Positions 1 to 9,358 of a stretch of DNA of 37,335 nt are shown one piece after another; the first letter of the stretch is position 1, and every line of letters starts with the position of its first letter. The stretch is from positions 1 through 37,335 of the IMG/VR virus record IMGVR_UViG_3300032253_000014. The stretch is one strand, 5' to 3'. The position numbers were made by a program, and so were the translations under genes. Source of the stretch: a virus. Lineage: Duplodnaviria; Caudoviricetes. Under the pieces are notes generated by a model, which had not been told where the DNA came from, did no database searches, and saw only the letters and a list, made by a program, of their open reading frames with translations.

Positions 1-191
1 TTTATAAAAATGGTTTCATCTGCATCGTAATCATCAAATCTTGCCTCAATGACACTATAATTATCGTCTAGTGCTGTTCCAAAACTATCTATGTTAAAAT
101 CTTTTGGTAGTTTTATCGGTCTACGTGTCATAGTCTTGTTGCCATTTAAGATAGCTTCTATGCCTTGTTGGTTGAATTTAATTGAGTTCAT
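1..191 (-). CDS. 5' part of an ASCH/PUA-like domain protein, truncated by the window edge (copy 1)
   Basis: ATG at 191 is preceded by AAAGGAG. It encodes MNSIKFNQQGIEAILNGNKTMTRRPIK and is 187/191 nt identical to 36598-36788. Confidence 0.8.
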   Translation of the reverse strand, partial: MNSIKFNQQGIEAILNGNKTMTRRPIKLPKDFNIDSFGTALDDNYSVIEARFDDYDADETIFI

Positions 192-217
192 CTATTATCT
201 CCTTTAGTTTAAATAGC

Positions 218-268
218 ATTATGCGATTAGATAGCTTAAAGATATCTTTTATATATCTAAATGATATC
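218..268 (-). promoter_or_regulatory. Promoter (TTTAAG-N11-CATAAT) overlapped by a 4x11-bp GATATC-type array
   Basis: CATAAT at 223-218 and TTTAAG at 240-235. Hexamers gatagc/gatatc/tatatc/gatatc start at 230, 241, 252 and 263. Confidence 0.65.
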
Positions 269-269
269 T

Positions 270-1784
270 TTAGAAGTATAAACCCTTCTTCCTCTCCCCC
301 TTGTCTTTGAAGGTGCGGCCTCGGATGAAGTGCATGATGTACGCCAGGGCATCGATCAGATCGTCATGCACCCCTTCCATCTCTTCATCAAACGCAGAGA
401 GTTCCGCTTCAAGCTGCACCGTGAGCTTGTGCGCCTTGTTGAAGTAGATCTTGTTTGTCATGAACAGCGGGTGCAGCGTTGCGATCCGTATGTTCTTTGA
501 CTTGCCGCCGTGAGAGAGCGGATGCACGTTCACGTTTATATCGTACTCTTTCTTTGCAACATCAAGCGTATAAAAGAACTCGTTTTGCATCCCTGCTTTT
601 TCGATACCAAACTTTAAAGGCTGCCATTCCATTTGAGCCGTCAAGACGGCTTTGGTCTTCTCATACGGGTTGAAATGCCCGGCAATGATATCGATGATGA
701 ACACTCTTCGCTGCGAGTCTACCGCCGTGATGATGATCGCGGTCCGATCCGATCCGGTAGAGGCCAGGTCCATAGTCGCATAGATATTGCACGCGTCCAC
801 ACTCAGCCGCTCCCCGTTCTCCAGGATGATGTGCTTAGGCGTGCGGATATCTGTTCTGTCCTCATTTAGCGCATCTTTGAAGACAAACTCCCTGGTCTTG
901 TCGGCATACTCCACATGAGAGACATACTGAAAATCCTCACGCTTAAAGAGTTTCTTCTCGTCGCTCTGAGGGATACACAGGTACTCTCTGAAAAATCCGT
1001 TATGCTTTCCACGCGCATACATAAGGTTCTTGATCTTGTTGATCGATCGCCCGTTAGGATCAGGACTGTCTAACGGGAAACGGTCGGGCCAACGTGAGTT
1101 ACCGCTATCGTCCAGGATCGAGATCACCATGCTATCCCAATCCTCACTCTTGATCGCGCGGTTCAGTTCGCTGTCTTCGTGCATGATCGTTCCGACAAAC
1201 CACACCTCGCCCTGCGGATCAAGTGCAGGCAGAGCATCTTCCAAGATCCAATCCCCGATCTTCTCGCGCTGCCCTTTGGTCTTCATGTTCTCGCGGTTTT
1301 CCACATCGTCCAGGATCAGCAGCGTGATACGCTTCGAGTCAGAGACATAACCACGCGGATCTTGCCCGGCTCCGATCACGACAATCGTACTCAGCTTACC
1401 TTCGCAGATAATCTCAATATGATTGTCATTCCACACTTCGCCCTTTTGGATATCCATACCCTTTGCCATTGCGCGCAAAAAGTTACGTTTGATATCACGC
1501 AGAAACGACTTCGCCTTTTTCTCGTTCTCAGAGGCGATCATGATGAATGGCTCATTGTCATAGATCACGCGGTTAAGGATAGAGATCTTGTTGATGATCG
1601 TAGACTTTCCCGCCCCCCGGAAGATCGCAAACGCTTTCATAAGACTCGGACGGTTTAAGAAGGTAAGGATATCCAAATGAAAACGCGGTGTCTTGTTCTC
1701 AAATATGTTAGGTGCGATAAACTTTGCCGTCTTAAGCTGATTTATCGGCGGCATACTCTTTAGTACACTAGGTCGCGCGCTCAT
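270..1784 (-). CDS. terL: Terminase large subunit
   Basis: Walker A FRGAGKST, Walker B LLILDDVE, coupling motif VGT, nuclease acidic motifs MDLA and HDDLIDALAY. Confidence 0.93.
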   Translation of the reverse strand: MSARPSVLKSMPPINQLKTAKFIAPNIFENKTPRFHLDILTFLNRPSLMKAFAIFRGAGKSTIINKISILNRVIYDNEPFIMIASENEKKAKSFLRDIKRNFLRAMAKGMDIQKGEVWNDNHIEIICEGKLSTIVVIGAGQDPRGYVSDSKRITLLILDDVENRENMKTKGQREKIGDWILEDALPALDPQGEVWFVGTIMHEDSELNRAIKSEDWDSMVISILDDSGNSRWPDRFPLDSPDPNGRSINKIKNLMYARGKHNGFFREYLCIPQSDEKKLFKREDFQYVSHVEYADKTREFVFKDALNEDRTDIRTPKHIILENGERLSVDACNIYATMDLASTGSDRTAIIITAVDSQRRVFIIDIIAGHFNPYEKTKAVLTAQMEWQPLKFGIEKAGMQNEFFYTLDVAKKEYDINVNVHPLSHGGKSKNIRIATLHPLFMTNKIYFNKAHKLTVQLEAELSAFDEEMEGVHDDLIDALAYIMHFIRGRTFKDKGERKKGLYF

Positions 1785-2062
1785 CCCTGCTGCTCCTGCT
1801 TTGCTTTGAGTTTTTGAAGTATCGCTTCATGATCCTCACGCCATACGCTCTTAAACCGTGTCGTAACTGCAGGCTTCTTGGTTGTCTCTTCGATAAGATC
1901 GATAAGACCTGAAACGCTGTAGGCATTGACACTTAAAAAACCTATCTTGCTCTTAGCTCCGGGGCATCCGTATTGCCCGGCAAACCTGAACAGGCTCTTT
2001 CCTTCCTTCTCTCCGATCAGATCACACAGATCTTTAACGTGTAGCAGCTGCATCGTCCACAC
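1781..2062 (-). CDS. Hypothetical phage protein
   Basis: 93-aa ORF whose stop overlaps the terL start (ATGA coupling). Confidence 0.65.
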   Translation of the reverse strand: MWTMQLLHVKDLCDLIGEKEGKSLFRFAGQYGCPGAKSKIGFLSVNAYSVSGLIDLIEETTKKPAVTTRFKSVWREDHEAILQKLKAKQEQQG

Positions 2063-2426
2063 CTATAAATCTGTCATGTGTCGTTCCCAACACTTCCATG
2101 CTCTCCATCTCGTCCTGGGTAAGCGATCCTAAGTAATGGTGATACGCAGTTTTACCCGCCTTGTAAAACAGGCAAAGGCCGCCGTATATCATACGCACCT
2201 TGGCAAGTCTAGGCGTTCCGTTTATGACAATGCGCACAAGATCATTAAGATAGATCAACACATTTCGACTGTCTTCTAGGCCGCTTGACAATTCAAACTC
2301 CAACTTGGGGTTTTTAAAGCGCAGCGTGTTCTTAGGTGTAGCACGGTACGCACCCGGCAGATAGACAAACTCATCCTGCAGCAGGTATCTTTTCTTGGTA
2401 TGGTCGTAGACTCTAAGCTCTAGCAT
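2034..2426 (-). CDS. YopX-family protein
   Basis: Motifs RVYD, SSGLEDSRNVLIYLNDLV and C-terminal EVLGTTHD resemble the YopX consensus TGLKDKNGKEIYEGDIV...EVIGNI. Confidence 0.7.
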   Translation of the reverse strand: MLELRVYDHTKKRYLLQDEFVYLPGAYRATPKNTLRFKNPKLEFELSSGLEDSRNVLIYLNDLVRIVINGTPRLAKVRMIYGGLCLFYKAGKTAYHHYLGSLTQDEMESMEVLGTTHDRFIGVDDAAATR

Positions 2427-2505
2427 CTTTGGCCTCTCTTCCGCAGCACGGGCATTTAGGATATTCCGTCACAAAATGGCATCCGCATTTGCAAAATATC
2501 ATCAT
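2413..2505 (-). CDS. Cys-rich microprotein (30 aa), zinc-ribbon-like; not in ORF track
   Basis: MMIFCKCGCHFVTEYPKCPCCGREAKDARA. It fills the gap exactly, with ATGA overlap and an upstream AAGGAG. Confidence 0.6.
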   Translation of the reverse strand: MMIFCKCGCHFVTEYPKCPCCGREAKDARA

Positions 2506-2732
2506 CTCATCTCCTTCAATAGGGCTTCGTTTAAAACGACCGCCTTGTTTACGGATCGTATGCGTTCTACATCACGTTCCATGATCGCCGCCTCATACAA
2601 TCGGCCCAATAACTTATTCGCCTCCTCAAGCTTGAACACGATCGCATCTTTGTAGATCATGTTTGAAAACGCAGCCGGCGCGCACCCGTACAGGTACACC
2701 GTTGCTTTTACACTTGTCTCTTCTATCTTCAT
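2502..2732 (-). CDS. Hypothetical protein
   Basis: 76 aa, AAGGAGG RBS, coupled to its neighbours. Confidence 0.7.
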   Translation of the reverse strand: MKIEETSVKATVYLYGCAPAAFSNMIYKDAIVFKLEEANKLLGRLYEAAIMERDVERIRSVNKAVVLNEALLKEMR

Positions 2733-2896
2733 TCGACCTCCTTGACTTCGGTTGTGATGATGATCTTTGACGTTTTACCGGGATCAGCAGCGGTGCTTAT
2801 GATCGCGTATGCTCCCTCGTTCTTGTGAAACTGCAGCTTAACTTCGTAGCCTGGGATATAAAACCATGCTCCCGGCGATAGCTGCCACACACTCAT
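2729..2896 (-). CDS. Hypothetical protein (55 aa); not in ORF track
   Basis: MSVWQLSPGAWFYIPGYEVKLQF...EVKEVE, with TAATG and ATGA overlaps to both neighbours. Confidence 0.65.
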   Translation of the reverse strand: MSVWQLSPGAWFYIPGYEVKLQFHKNEGAYAIISTAADPGKTSKIIITTEVKEVE

Positions 2897-3123
2897 TACT
2901 CGCCTGCCTTTAGTTCGCTCTCAACCGCCAAAGCCGAGTTTGTATCAAGCCGCCCGACTTCCTTCTCTCGCTCATCTACTTTCTCGTATAGCTTCGCTCT
3001 TAACTCAGAAGAGATAAGCGACATAGATACTGCTCTTTTGTACCCTTCGATCTCGGAAGGTCCAAGGGTATTGATATGCTTAGAGTGCTTTTCCAGGAAG
3101 ATCTTTTGTATCTTGTCTCTCAT
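2896..3123 (-). CDS. Hypothetical protein
   Basis: 75 aa, AAGGAG RBS, translationally coupled. Confidence 0.7.
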   Translation of the reverse strand: MRDKIQKIFLEKHSKHINTLGPSEIEGYKRAVSMSLISSELRAKLYEKVDEREKEVGRLDTNSALAVESELKAGE

Positions 3124-3548
3124 GCGATCTCCTTGATAAAGCTCACAAGCTTCTGCCCGACTTCAAAAGCGTTTTCTTCCGCTTCAAGCTCATGCTTCCC
3201 ATCATCAAGATTGCCAAACTTGTTCATGCGTTTTTCGCTTAGATTTGCCATACGTGCAAGCAGCTGCTCTTCTGTCTCCCATATTGCCATGACAAGATGC
3301 ACGCCTGTTACCCTGGCATTTTCCGTTGCTTCCATAGCCTTATGCCAAACCTCTTTGCCGTGCATAACTGCAGTAATGTAGTCTTTTGGGTTTGTGCGCT
3401 TTCGCTGCTTCATAAACTTTGCTATTTTGGCCTTGATCTCAAAGATTGCCTTATTGCTTTCCTGGTACGTATACTCATTGAGGATCGATCCCAATATGCT
3501 TGCATACAAGATCGCCTTTTGCAGATCCGTTATTCCTGTTGTTTTCAA
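3120..3548 (-). CDS. Hypothetical protein
   Basis: 142 aa, GGAG RBS, TTG start overlapping the upstream stop. Confidence 0.7.
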   Translation of the reverse strand: MKTTGITDLQKAILYASILGSILNEYTYQESNKAIFEIKAKIAKFMKQRKRTNPKDYITAVMHGKEVWHKAMEATENARVTGVHLVMAIWETEEQLLARMANLSEKRMNKFGNLDDGKHELEAEENAFEVGQKLVSFIKEIA

Positions 3549-4141
3549 TCGTCTATCTCCAATTCATCATCCTGCAGCTCCGCTTCCAGGTAGGGATCTT
3601 CAAGATCAAGTTCCACCTCTGTAAAGTTCTTAAGCAGATCCGCTTTGCCGATAAGCTCTGCGGATCTGAGCGCGGCCTGTCTGTCGTGAAGTCTGTCCTC
3701 ACGGCCTGCTGTTTCCTTGTATATGCTCAGGACGAGTTTCGCATCGTCCAGGCTTACAAACTGTTTCCTTGTATGCTTTTCCGAGATCCCGTCAAGGACC
3801 TTGTTTAAAAGATCATGCGACTTGTGCAGCAGCTCCGCGTTCTCTTCCATCGTCATAAGTGTTTTTTTGACATTTTCCTCACCCGCTGCTGCGCTCAGCT
3901 CTTTTCGGTACTGCTCATTCGCTGTCACCAGGGCGTTGATATGATCGTCTAGCCTGCTTTTGAAATCAAACTCCAAAGCCCACCGTCCGATCGTAGACTT
4001 TGATACGATCATCTTTTTTGCTGCCAGGGCATTAGAGATCTGCGGGTATGACATAGGCTTGTAATCGTTCTCGGCCTCTACCATAAGGTAGAGTTCCAGG
4101 GCTGCAGCCTGTTCCGGTGTCAATTCATCTATAGGGATCAC
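3545..4141 (-). CDS. HTH plus coiled-coil protein, candidate terminase small subunit
   Basis: N-terminal HTH-like MSYPQISNAL...VSKSTIGRWA, helical middle, acidic tail. It lies in the same operon upstream of terL. Confidence 0.5.
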   Translation of the reverse strand: MIPIDELTPEQAAALELYLMVEAENDYKPMSYPQISNALAAKKMIVSKSTIGRWALEFDFKSRLDDHINALVTANEQYRKELSAAAGEENVKKTLMTMEENAELLHKSHDLLNKVLDGISEKHTRKQFVSLDDAKLVLSIYKETAGREDRLHDRQAALRSAELIGKADLLKNFTEVELDLEDPYLEAELQDDELEIDD

Positions 4142-4239
4142 GGCTTATCTCCTACGGCAGATACGATAAGGATCAATACGATCCATCCAACAATAGACCA
4201 AAGGACCGCAGGCCACTCTTTTTTAAACCGGGATATCAT
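4138..4239 (-). CDS. Small single-TM membrane peptide (33 aa)
   Basis: MISRFKKEWPAVLWSIVGWIVLILIVSAVGDKP; its stop overlaps the next start. Confidence 0.5.
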   Translation of the reverse strand: MISRFKKEWPAVLWSIVGWIVLILIVSAVGDKP

Positions 4240-4696
4240 CTTGTTTGTCTTTATTGCGCTGCGCTTCATACGCCCGGTCCATGTGCTGTTCCCAAGCCTG
4301 CCCTGACTGCGGGTTTCCCTGCGCATCTTCATAGTTCGGATTTGGTGCTTCATACGGCTGCCTTGTCTCATCACTCTTGCTGTCAAGCATCTGCATCGTC
4401 TCTACGATCACAGTATGCTTAGAGCGTTTTGATCCGTCCTGGGCTACCCATTGGTCAAACTTCAAACGCCCCTCGACCAAGATCTTAGATCCGCGTCTTA
4501 GAAACTGATTCGCCACCTCTGCCGATCTGCCAAAGAAGGTGATATCGATAAAGCACACTTCCTCTTTGCGTTCGCCGTTTTGCGTGAACTTCCGGCTTGT
4601 GGCGATCGCGGTATTTGCGATCGCTGATCCGCTGCTTGCATAGCGCAGCTCGATATCTCTTGTAAGGTTTCCGACCAGGACAACTTTGTTAAACAT
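4223..4696 (-). CDS. ssb: Single-stranded DNA-binding protein
   Basis: MFNKVVLVGNLTRDIELRY...GSKILVEGRL and acidic DDIPV tail. Start revised to 4696. The sequence style is that of Campylobacterota SSBs. Confidence 0.97.
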   Translation of the reverse strand: MFNKVVLVGNLTRDIELRYASSGSAIANTAIATSRKFTQNGERKEEVCFIDITFFGRSAEVANQFLRRGSKILVEGRLKFDQWVAQDGSKRSKHTVIVETMQMLDSKSDETRQPYEAPNPNYEDAQGNPQSGQAWEQHMDRAYEAQRNKDKQDDIPV

Positions 4697-4856
4697 CCTT
4701 GTTCTCTCTAAAATACAATATTGAAGCAAAAGGGATAACAACAATAAGACCATTCTCATCCAACCCGTTAAACATAGTTTCCGTAGATCCTCGCTCTGTC
4801 AGTACCATAATTTCACCGTTTGTTAAAACAACATCAAATTTTTCCTCTATACTCAT
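4689..4856 (-). CDS. Hypothetical protein (55 aa); not in ORF track
   Basis: AAGGAG RBS; MSIEEKFDVVLTNGEIMVLTERG...YFRENKDV. Confidence 0.65.
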   Translation of the reverse strand: MSIEEKFDVVLTNGEIMVLTERGSTETMFNGLDENGLIVVIPFASILYFRENKDV

Positions 4857-4865
4857 CTTATCTCC

Positions 4866-5096
4866 TTACTTCGCCATAACTAGCGTGTCGATCTTGCGAT
4901 CGAGTTTCAGCGTAACATTCATCACCATGATCCGCGCCTCTTCATCACTTACGCCGTGTGCATCTGCCATCGATTCCGCCGACTCTTCAAACATATAGTA
5001 TTCTTCTTCGCTCAGCATCTCTACAAATTCATCCAGTTCCATTGCATCCACCTCTTTCTTGATTTCTACGATTACGCGATCATCTCTAAACATCAC
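4866..5096 (-). CDS. Acidic hypothetical protein
   Basis: 76 aa, AAGGA RBS. Confidence 0.65.
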   Translation of the reverse strand: MMFRDDRVIVEIKKEVDAMELDEFVEMLSEEEYYMFEESAESMADAHGVSDEEARIMVMNVTLKLDRKIDTLVMAK

Positions 5097-5346
5097 TATC
5101 CTTTTCTATCTTTTCAGCCAGGACTGTTTCAAGTCTTTCGTTTTCATCCTTAAGCTCTATGATCCTGTTCTCTACCGTCTCTTTCAGAGCCGGGTTTGAA
5201 AAGGTGCTTTCTCGCAGCAGCTTCTCATGCGCCTGGATCGCAGCCTTGTTGTCTTTGATCGCCAGGCACTCCTTGCGGTCCTTCCTGTTTTTTGCTCTTT
5301 CACTCACTTTGCACTCCTTGCATTTTTGTTTGCAACGCTTTTGCAT
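5086..5346 (-). CDS. Hypothetical protein with Cys-rich N-terminus and coiled coil
   Basis: CKQKCKEC motif followed by a heptad-rich helix. Confidence 0.6.
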   Translation of the reverse strand: MQKRCKQKCKECKVSERAKNRKDRKECLAIKDNKAAIQAHEKLLRESTFSNPALKETVENRIIELKDENERLETVLAEKIEKDSDV

Positions 5347-5389
5347 TTTTTAAAACTCTAATATAGTCCTATCTTTAGGGCTTTGTTTA

Positions 5390-5670
5390 ACTTCTTGCAA
5401 TATTTCACTCTGTTTTTTATAATCAGTTCCGAAAAAACAAAAACGGAAAAGAGGTTTTCGCGCGCGCACGTAGGGGGGTGAAAATTGCAAAATAAATTGC
5501 AAATGCTCTTTGCAAACTTCGTCTGTACGGTAGTTTTCGGCAGGTTTTGCAAAAATGCAAGGGGTGCATCCAAAAAGTCGCTGAAAAGCCCTGCTGTACG
5601 TTCAAAGAAGAGCCTGTCATCAATACCCTCTAAAAATGCAAGTTCCAATGCAAGTGATGCAAATTCATTT
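5390..5670. other. Candidate lytic replication origin (TGCAA-repeat region)
   Basis: About nine (T/A)TGCAA copies, a CGCGCGCG run and a G6 tract directly downstream of the primase-helicase gene. Confidence 0.45.
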
Positions 5671-5762
5671 GCTTCATAACAAAACGATGCGTCAAGTTCC
5701 ATTTTGATAAGATCAACAAGATCTTGATCGATATTGATATCCTGGTAACAAACTACTATCAT

Positions 5763-8633
5763 TTAGATAACCTCTCTTGCCATTACGATTTTACTCTCAA
5801 CACCAAAGACGGAATGAGAGGTTGCAAGCTCTGCACCCTTGTAGCGGTAATGGGTGATATCGCTGTTGTCAGAGAATTTGATCCCGACGATAAACCAATC
5901 ATGATTCGTCATACCGTGTGAGTGAGATATCGCCTCGTCGCTGAGCAGCTTGCGTGCAACGGTACTGCCGTGCTTCTTCTCCAATCTTTCCAGGAAGGTC
6001 TTTTGCGCAAGTGGGTGATGCCCGGCATCTTCACACCAGGTCTTATAATGCGCGTAGAGATATTTACGCGGGATCATAGAGTCTGCATGAACTTCGATAT
6101 GCTCTTTGCCGTAAGAGAGTATCGGATCGGTCTGATCCTGGTACGCTTCTTTGGCTGCGATCATGTTCTTTGAGTGTGCGAACTTGCCGACACGGATCAG
6201 CTGCTTAAGCTCTGCGATCGCCAGGTTGATGATCCCGCTCATCTCATCATCGAAACGCTCAGAGATCTTGTCGATCCGCTCTTCATTACTGAACTGCGCC
6301 TTGAACTCCAAGAAGAGCAAACGCCTAAACACACCGCCGTCCATGTTGGAGCGCGGCTTCTCATTCCCGGCAAAGACAAACTTAGGGATCTGATGCCCTT
6401 GTATGTTGTAGCCGTCTTTTCCCTTCGGATTGATAAACAGCGGCTCTCCCCCGGACGCTTTTTTGAGCGTACTCATCTGCCCGTCATTCAAACCTTTGGC
6501 GTTGATCTCAGATCCTATGTTAAGCAGCTTTCCTTCAAGCCCTGCTACCTGGTGTCCTTCAAGCTGCTGCAGGTCCATGTGAGAGACTACATCATCCCCG
6601 AAACACTTTCGCATTACGTCCAGGACAATAGACTTACCATTACCGCCTGTCTCGCCGTAGAGAAACAAAAAAGTCTCATACAGGTGTTTAGGATAAAGGA
6701 TATATCCGAAAAACTGCATCAGGGCTTTTTGTTCCAACTCGTCCGGCAGAACACGTTTTAAAAACCTGTTCCACTTAGGCGCAGAAGTCTTTGCGCTGTA
6801 CTCGATTTCGAGTATGCTCATGGCAGCATGGCGCGGATCATGCACATTTTTAAAAAGCGTCTTTCCGCTCTCAAAGATATGCAGCGTTCCGTTGAGCATA
6901 TTGATGATGCGTACGCCCTGCTCTTGCTGCTCTTTTATTATAGGCTCTAGGTGCAGCCCTTTGTATTGAAGGTGATTGATAACCTTATCGACCATATCCG
7001 GCGTGCGCTGCTTCTGATTCACACGCCCTGCATCATACCCCTGCATCCAATCGATCACAAAGCGGATCATCTGCTGCTTGTGCAGCTTTTCAAACATCAT
7101 GCCGTTCCATACATAGGTAGACTCACGGTAAGAGGCAAAGGGCGTACCCGCCTTGATCCCAAGATCAAGCAGAGCATCCGCGATATCGCTTTCACCCATT
7201 TTACGCTGATGGTCCAGGTTGTTTATACGCAGATCCATAAGCACCTTAAGCTTGTTTGCTGTCTCATCGTCTTTCAGCCCTACATCACTCAGCAGCTTCT
7301 TGACGTTCTCGACATTGCTAAGAGCCGCGCGCAGTTCCAGGATCTCTTTGTCTGTCTCTGATTTCACCGGAACGGCTTTGCGCATAAGCATAGGCGCGAT
7401 ATCTTTCTCAAATGACTTTCGTGTGTTGATCGTCTTTAGCAGTTTAAGATCTGCCGTAAACTTCTCTTCATCATAGAACTTGATAAAATCATCGATCAGT
7501 TGGTTGGTAAGCCCGAAACATGAATACTCGATATCTGAAAAAACAGAGTTTACGTCCAGGAAGTTCTTAGCAATAAGGTAGTCGCTAACATCATACTTAT
7601 CATCCAGGGTACGGTCAATGTGCATGAAAGAGACGATCTTCACACTCAGCGCAAACGGCTCTATGGCTTTGGCGGCATGGATAGCTGCTTTATATCCGGC
7701 CTGGTCGTTGTCAAACCATACAAAGACCTCTTTGCCTTTAAGTATGCTTGCATGATCTTCCCAGGAAGCAGATACCCCGCCCAGGGTTAAGGTGTTAATC
7801 CGCATATCCAAAAGGTTAAGCGCGTCTTTTTCACCCTCGCAGATCACGACACGCTTATCACTATGCCCTTCAAAATAGTCCAGGGGAAAGGGTGCAACGG
7901 TATGATACTTTTGTGAGATCCACTTGCCGGGCATACGCGTATCCGTAAGGCATTTGTTGATATTATCCCAGGCAAATTTCTCTCTGTGCTTGATGTTGAA
8001 GGTCTGCCCGTTCACACGGCGGTTGATGATCGCTAGAGACTTATGCTCATGATCGTAAGCCAGGTACTCGAAATACCATTGCTTAAGATGATCGAAACGT
8101 ACAAACATTTTCTCAAATACTGCTTTCTCTTCAGGATCAAGGTGTGTGTAGTTATCTAAGAGCTGCGGTGTTTCTGCCTGCATCTTTGGCATCAAGAAAG
8201 AACGTGCGCGATCTTCTGCAGCTGCGCGCTGCTTCTTCTTCTGATCCAAGATCTTCTGATTTTCGGCAAAGACTTTCTCACGCTCTGCCTGCTTGATCGC
8301 ATAGGCCGCTTTCTCTTCATCACTAAGCTCACGCTCCGTAAAGTCCTCTTCGCTATAGAAGTTCATATCGATACAGATCTTCTTCGCCGCCTCAAAGTTG
8401 CTGCACTTCTCGATCGCCATAACCAGGCCAACGATGTTGTTTGAAAAGTCACACGAAAAACAGGTGAAGATCCAGGTATCTTTGAGTGTGATCGATCCGG
8501 ACGGGTTGGTATCGCCATGAACAGGACAGCGGCACTTCTTGCCTTTGAACTCGATCGCGTAGAAGTTTTCAAGATAGTCTTGAAGGTTTACGCTCTTCGC
8601 CGTAGCAAATAAAGTTTTGCTATCTACACTCAT
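5763..8633 (-). CDS. Primase-helicase (CHC2 Zn finger, TOPRIM, D5/P4-type SF3 helicase)
   Basis: CPVHGDTNPS...CFSC; ICEGEKDAL...WFDNDQAG; Walker A GETGGNGKS; winged-helix-like LYAHYKTWCEDAG. Confidence 0.93.
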   Translation of the reverse strand: MSVDSKTLFATAKSVNLQDYLENFYAIEFKGKKCRCPVHGDTNPSGSITLKDTWIFTCFSCDFSNNIVGLVMAIEKCSNFEAAKKICIDMNFYSEEDFTERELSDEEKAAYAIKQAEREKVFAENQKILDQKKKQRAAAEDRARSFLMPKMQAETPQLLDNYTHLDPEEKAVFEKMFVRFDHLKQWYFEYLAYDHEHKSLAIINRRVNGQTFNIKHREKFAWDNINKCLTDTRMPGKWISQKYHTVAPFPLDYFEGHSDKRVVICEGEKDALNLLDMRINTLTLGGVSASWEDHASILKGKEVFVWFDNDQAGYKAAIHAAKAIEPFALSVKIVSFMHIDRTLDDKYDVSDYLIAKNFLDVNSVFSDIEYSCFGLTNQLIDDFIKFYDEEKFTADLKLLKTINTRKSFEKDIAPMLMRKAVPVKSETDKEILELRAALSNVENVKKLLSDVGLKDDETANKLKVLMDLRINNLDHQRKMGESDIADALLDLGIKAGTPFASYRESTYVWNGMMFEKLHKQQMIRFVIDWMQGYDAGRVNQKQRTPDMVDKVINHLQYKGLHLEPIIKEQQEQGVRIINMLNGTLHIFESGKTLFKNVHDPRHAAMSILEIEYSAKTSAPKWNRFLKRVLPDELEQKALMQFFGYILYPKHLYETFLFLYGETGGNGKSIVLDVMRKCFGDDVVSHMDLQQLEGHQVAGLEGKLLNIGSEINAKGLNDGQMSTLKKASGGEPLFINPKGKDGYNIQGHQIPKFVFAGNEKPRSNMDGGVFRRLLFLEFKAQFSNEERIDKISERFDDEMSGIINLAIAELKQLIRVGKFAHSKNMIAAKEAYQDQTDPILSYGKEHIEVHADSMIPRKYLYAHYKTWCEDAGHHPLAQKTFLERLEKKHGSTVARKLLSDEAISHSHGMTNHDWFIVGIKFSDNSDITHYRYKGAELATSHSVFGVESKIVMAREVI

Positions 8634-8970
8634 TCAAGACCTCTTCTGCCGTGAGCGTACCGTTGAAAGTTCTATAGATCCGGTTGATGTGATAGTCTGC
8701 CAAAAGTGTTTTATCGGCTTGATCCAGGGTGGAGTCTGCGTTTAGGATCTCAGCTACTTTGGTAAGTTCGTTTGTCTCTTTAAGTTGTTTTGCAAGAGTG
8801 GTGAAGCGGTAGACGTAGTGTATCTCTACGGTGAAGTTGTAGAGGCTTTGAAGCAGGGCCATGTGGGTTGTCTTAATGGCTGCGCCGTTAAGCCAATGGT
8901 AGAAGGTACTCTTTGCAAGCCCCGTTTTTGAATTAGTGTAATCAAGATTATTGTATATGCGTTCAATCAT
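8620..8970 (-). CDS. Cro-like HTH regulator
   Basis: TGLAKSTFYHWLNG HTH-like motif; first gene divergent from the repressor; AAAGGAG RBS. Confidence 0.6.
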   Translation of the reverse strand: MIERIYNNLDYTNSKTGLAKSTFYHWLNGAAIKTTHMALLQSLYNFTVEIHYVYRFTTLAKQLKETNELTKVAEILNADSTLDQADKTLLADYHINRIYRTFNGTLTAEEVLNECR

Positions 8971-9037
8971 CTTCTTTCTCCTTTAGTGTGAGAAAAGAAA
9001 ATCATTTTTATATTTGCACTCATACGGAATATGATAT

Positions 9038-9112
9038 ACTACAAGCATAATGTATCAAAAATGTTGGTAGCATCTTTGAACGTAATTGACTTGTAGTGTG
9101 TTGGTAGCACAC
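9038..9112. ncRNA. Structured leader: two hairpins with identical TTGGTAG loops
   Basis: tcaaaaatg-TTGGTAG-catctttga is enclosed by actacaag/cttgtagt, followed by gtgtg-TTGGTAG-cacac. Confidence 0.5.
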
Positions 9113-9119
9113 CTATAAA

Positions 9120-9358
9120 GCCGAAAATCTTTATTTAAAAAGTTAAAAACGTGAAGTGTTTTTAAAATATATTCTCATAGTCTTGATTTTAGACACTTCT
9201 ACATTAATACATAATTAAAAACCATGTAAATAATCAAGCATTTTGCAAAATATGTAACTTAATGTTTGCCAATTTACATAAATAATAGATATTATTTATC
9301 ATTATAAAGAAGATCTATCCAATTATAAAAATAAACGATACATCACGGAGCTACTTAT
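9120..9358. promoter_or_regulatory. Divergent cI/cro control region with candidate operators
   Basis: Very AT-rich. TATGTAA (9251)...TTACATA (9274) inverted repeat, ATGTAAAT at 9224, palindrome attttgcaaaat at 9240-9251. Confidence 0.5.

Noticed and set aside
1-191. Repeat pair as DGR template and variable regions
   Set aside because: The mismatches are not adenine-specific and no reverse transcriptase is encoded.
5358-5762. 134-aa ORF after the primase-helicase
   Set aside because: It runs through the TGCAA-repeat region and its 3' half looks non-coding. The start abuts the primase stop, so it is not fully excluded, but it is not called.
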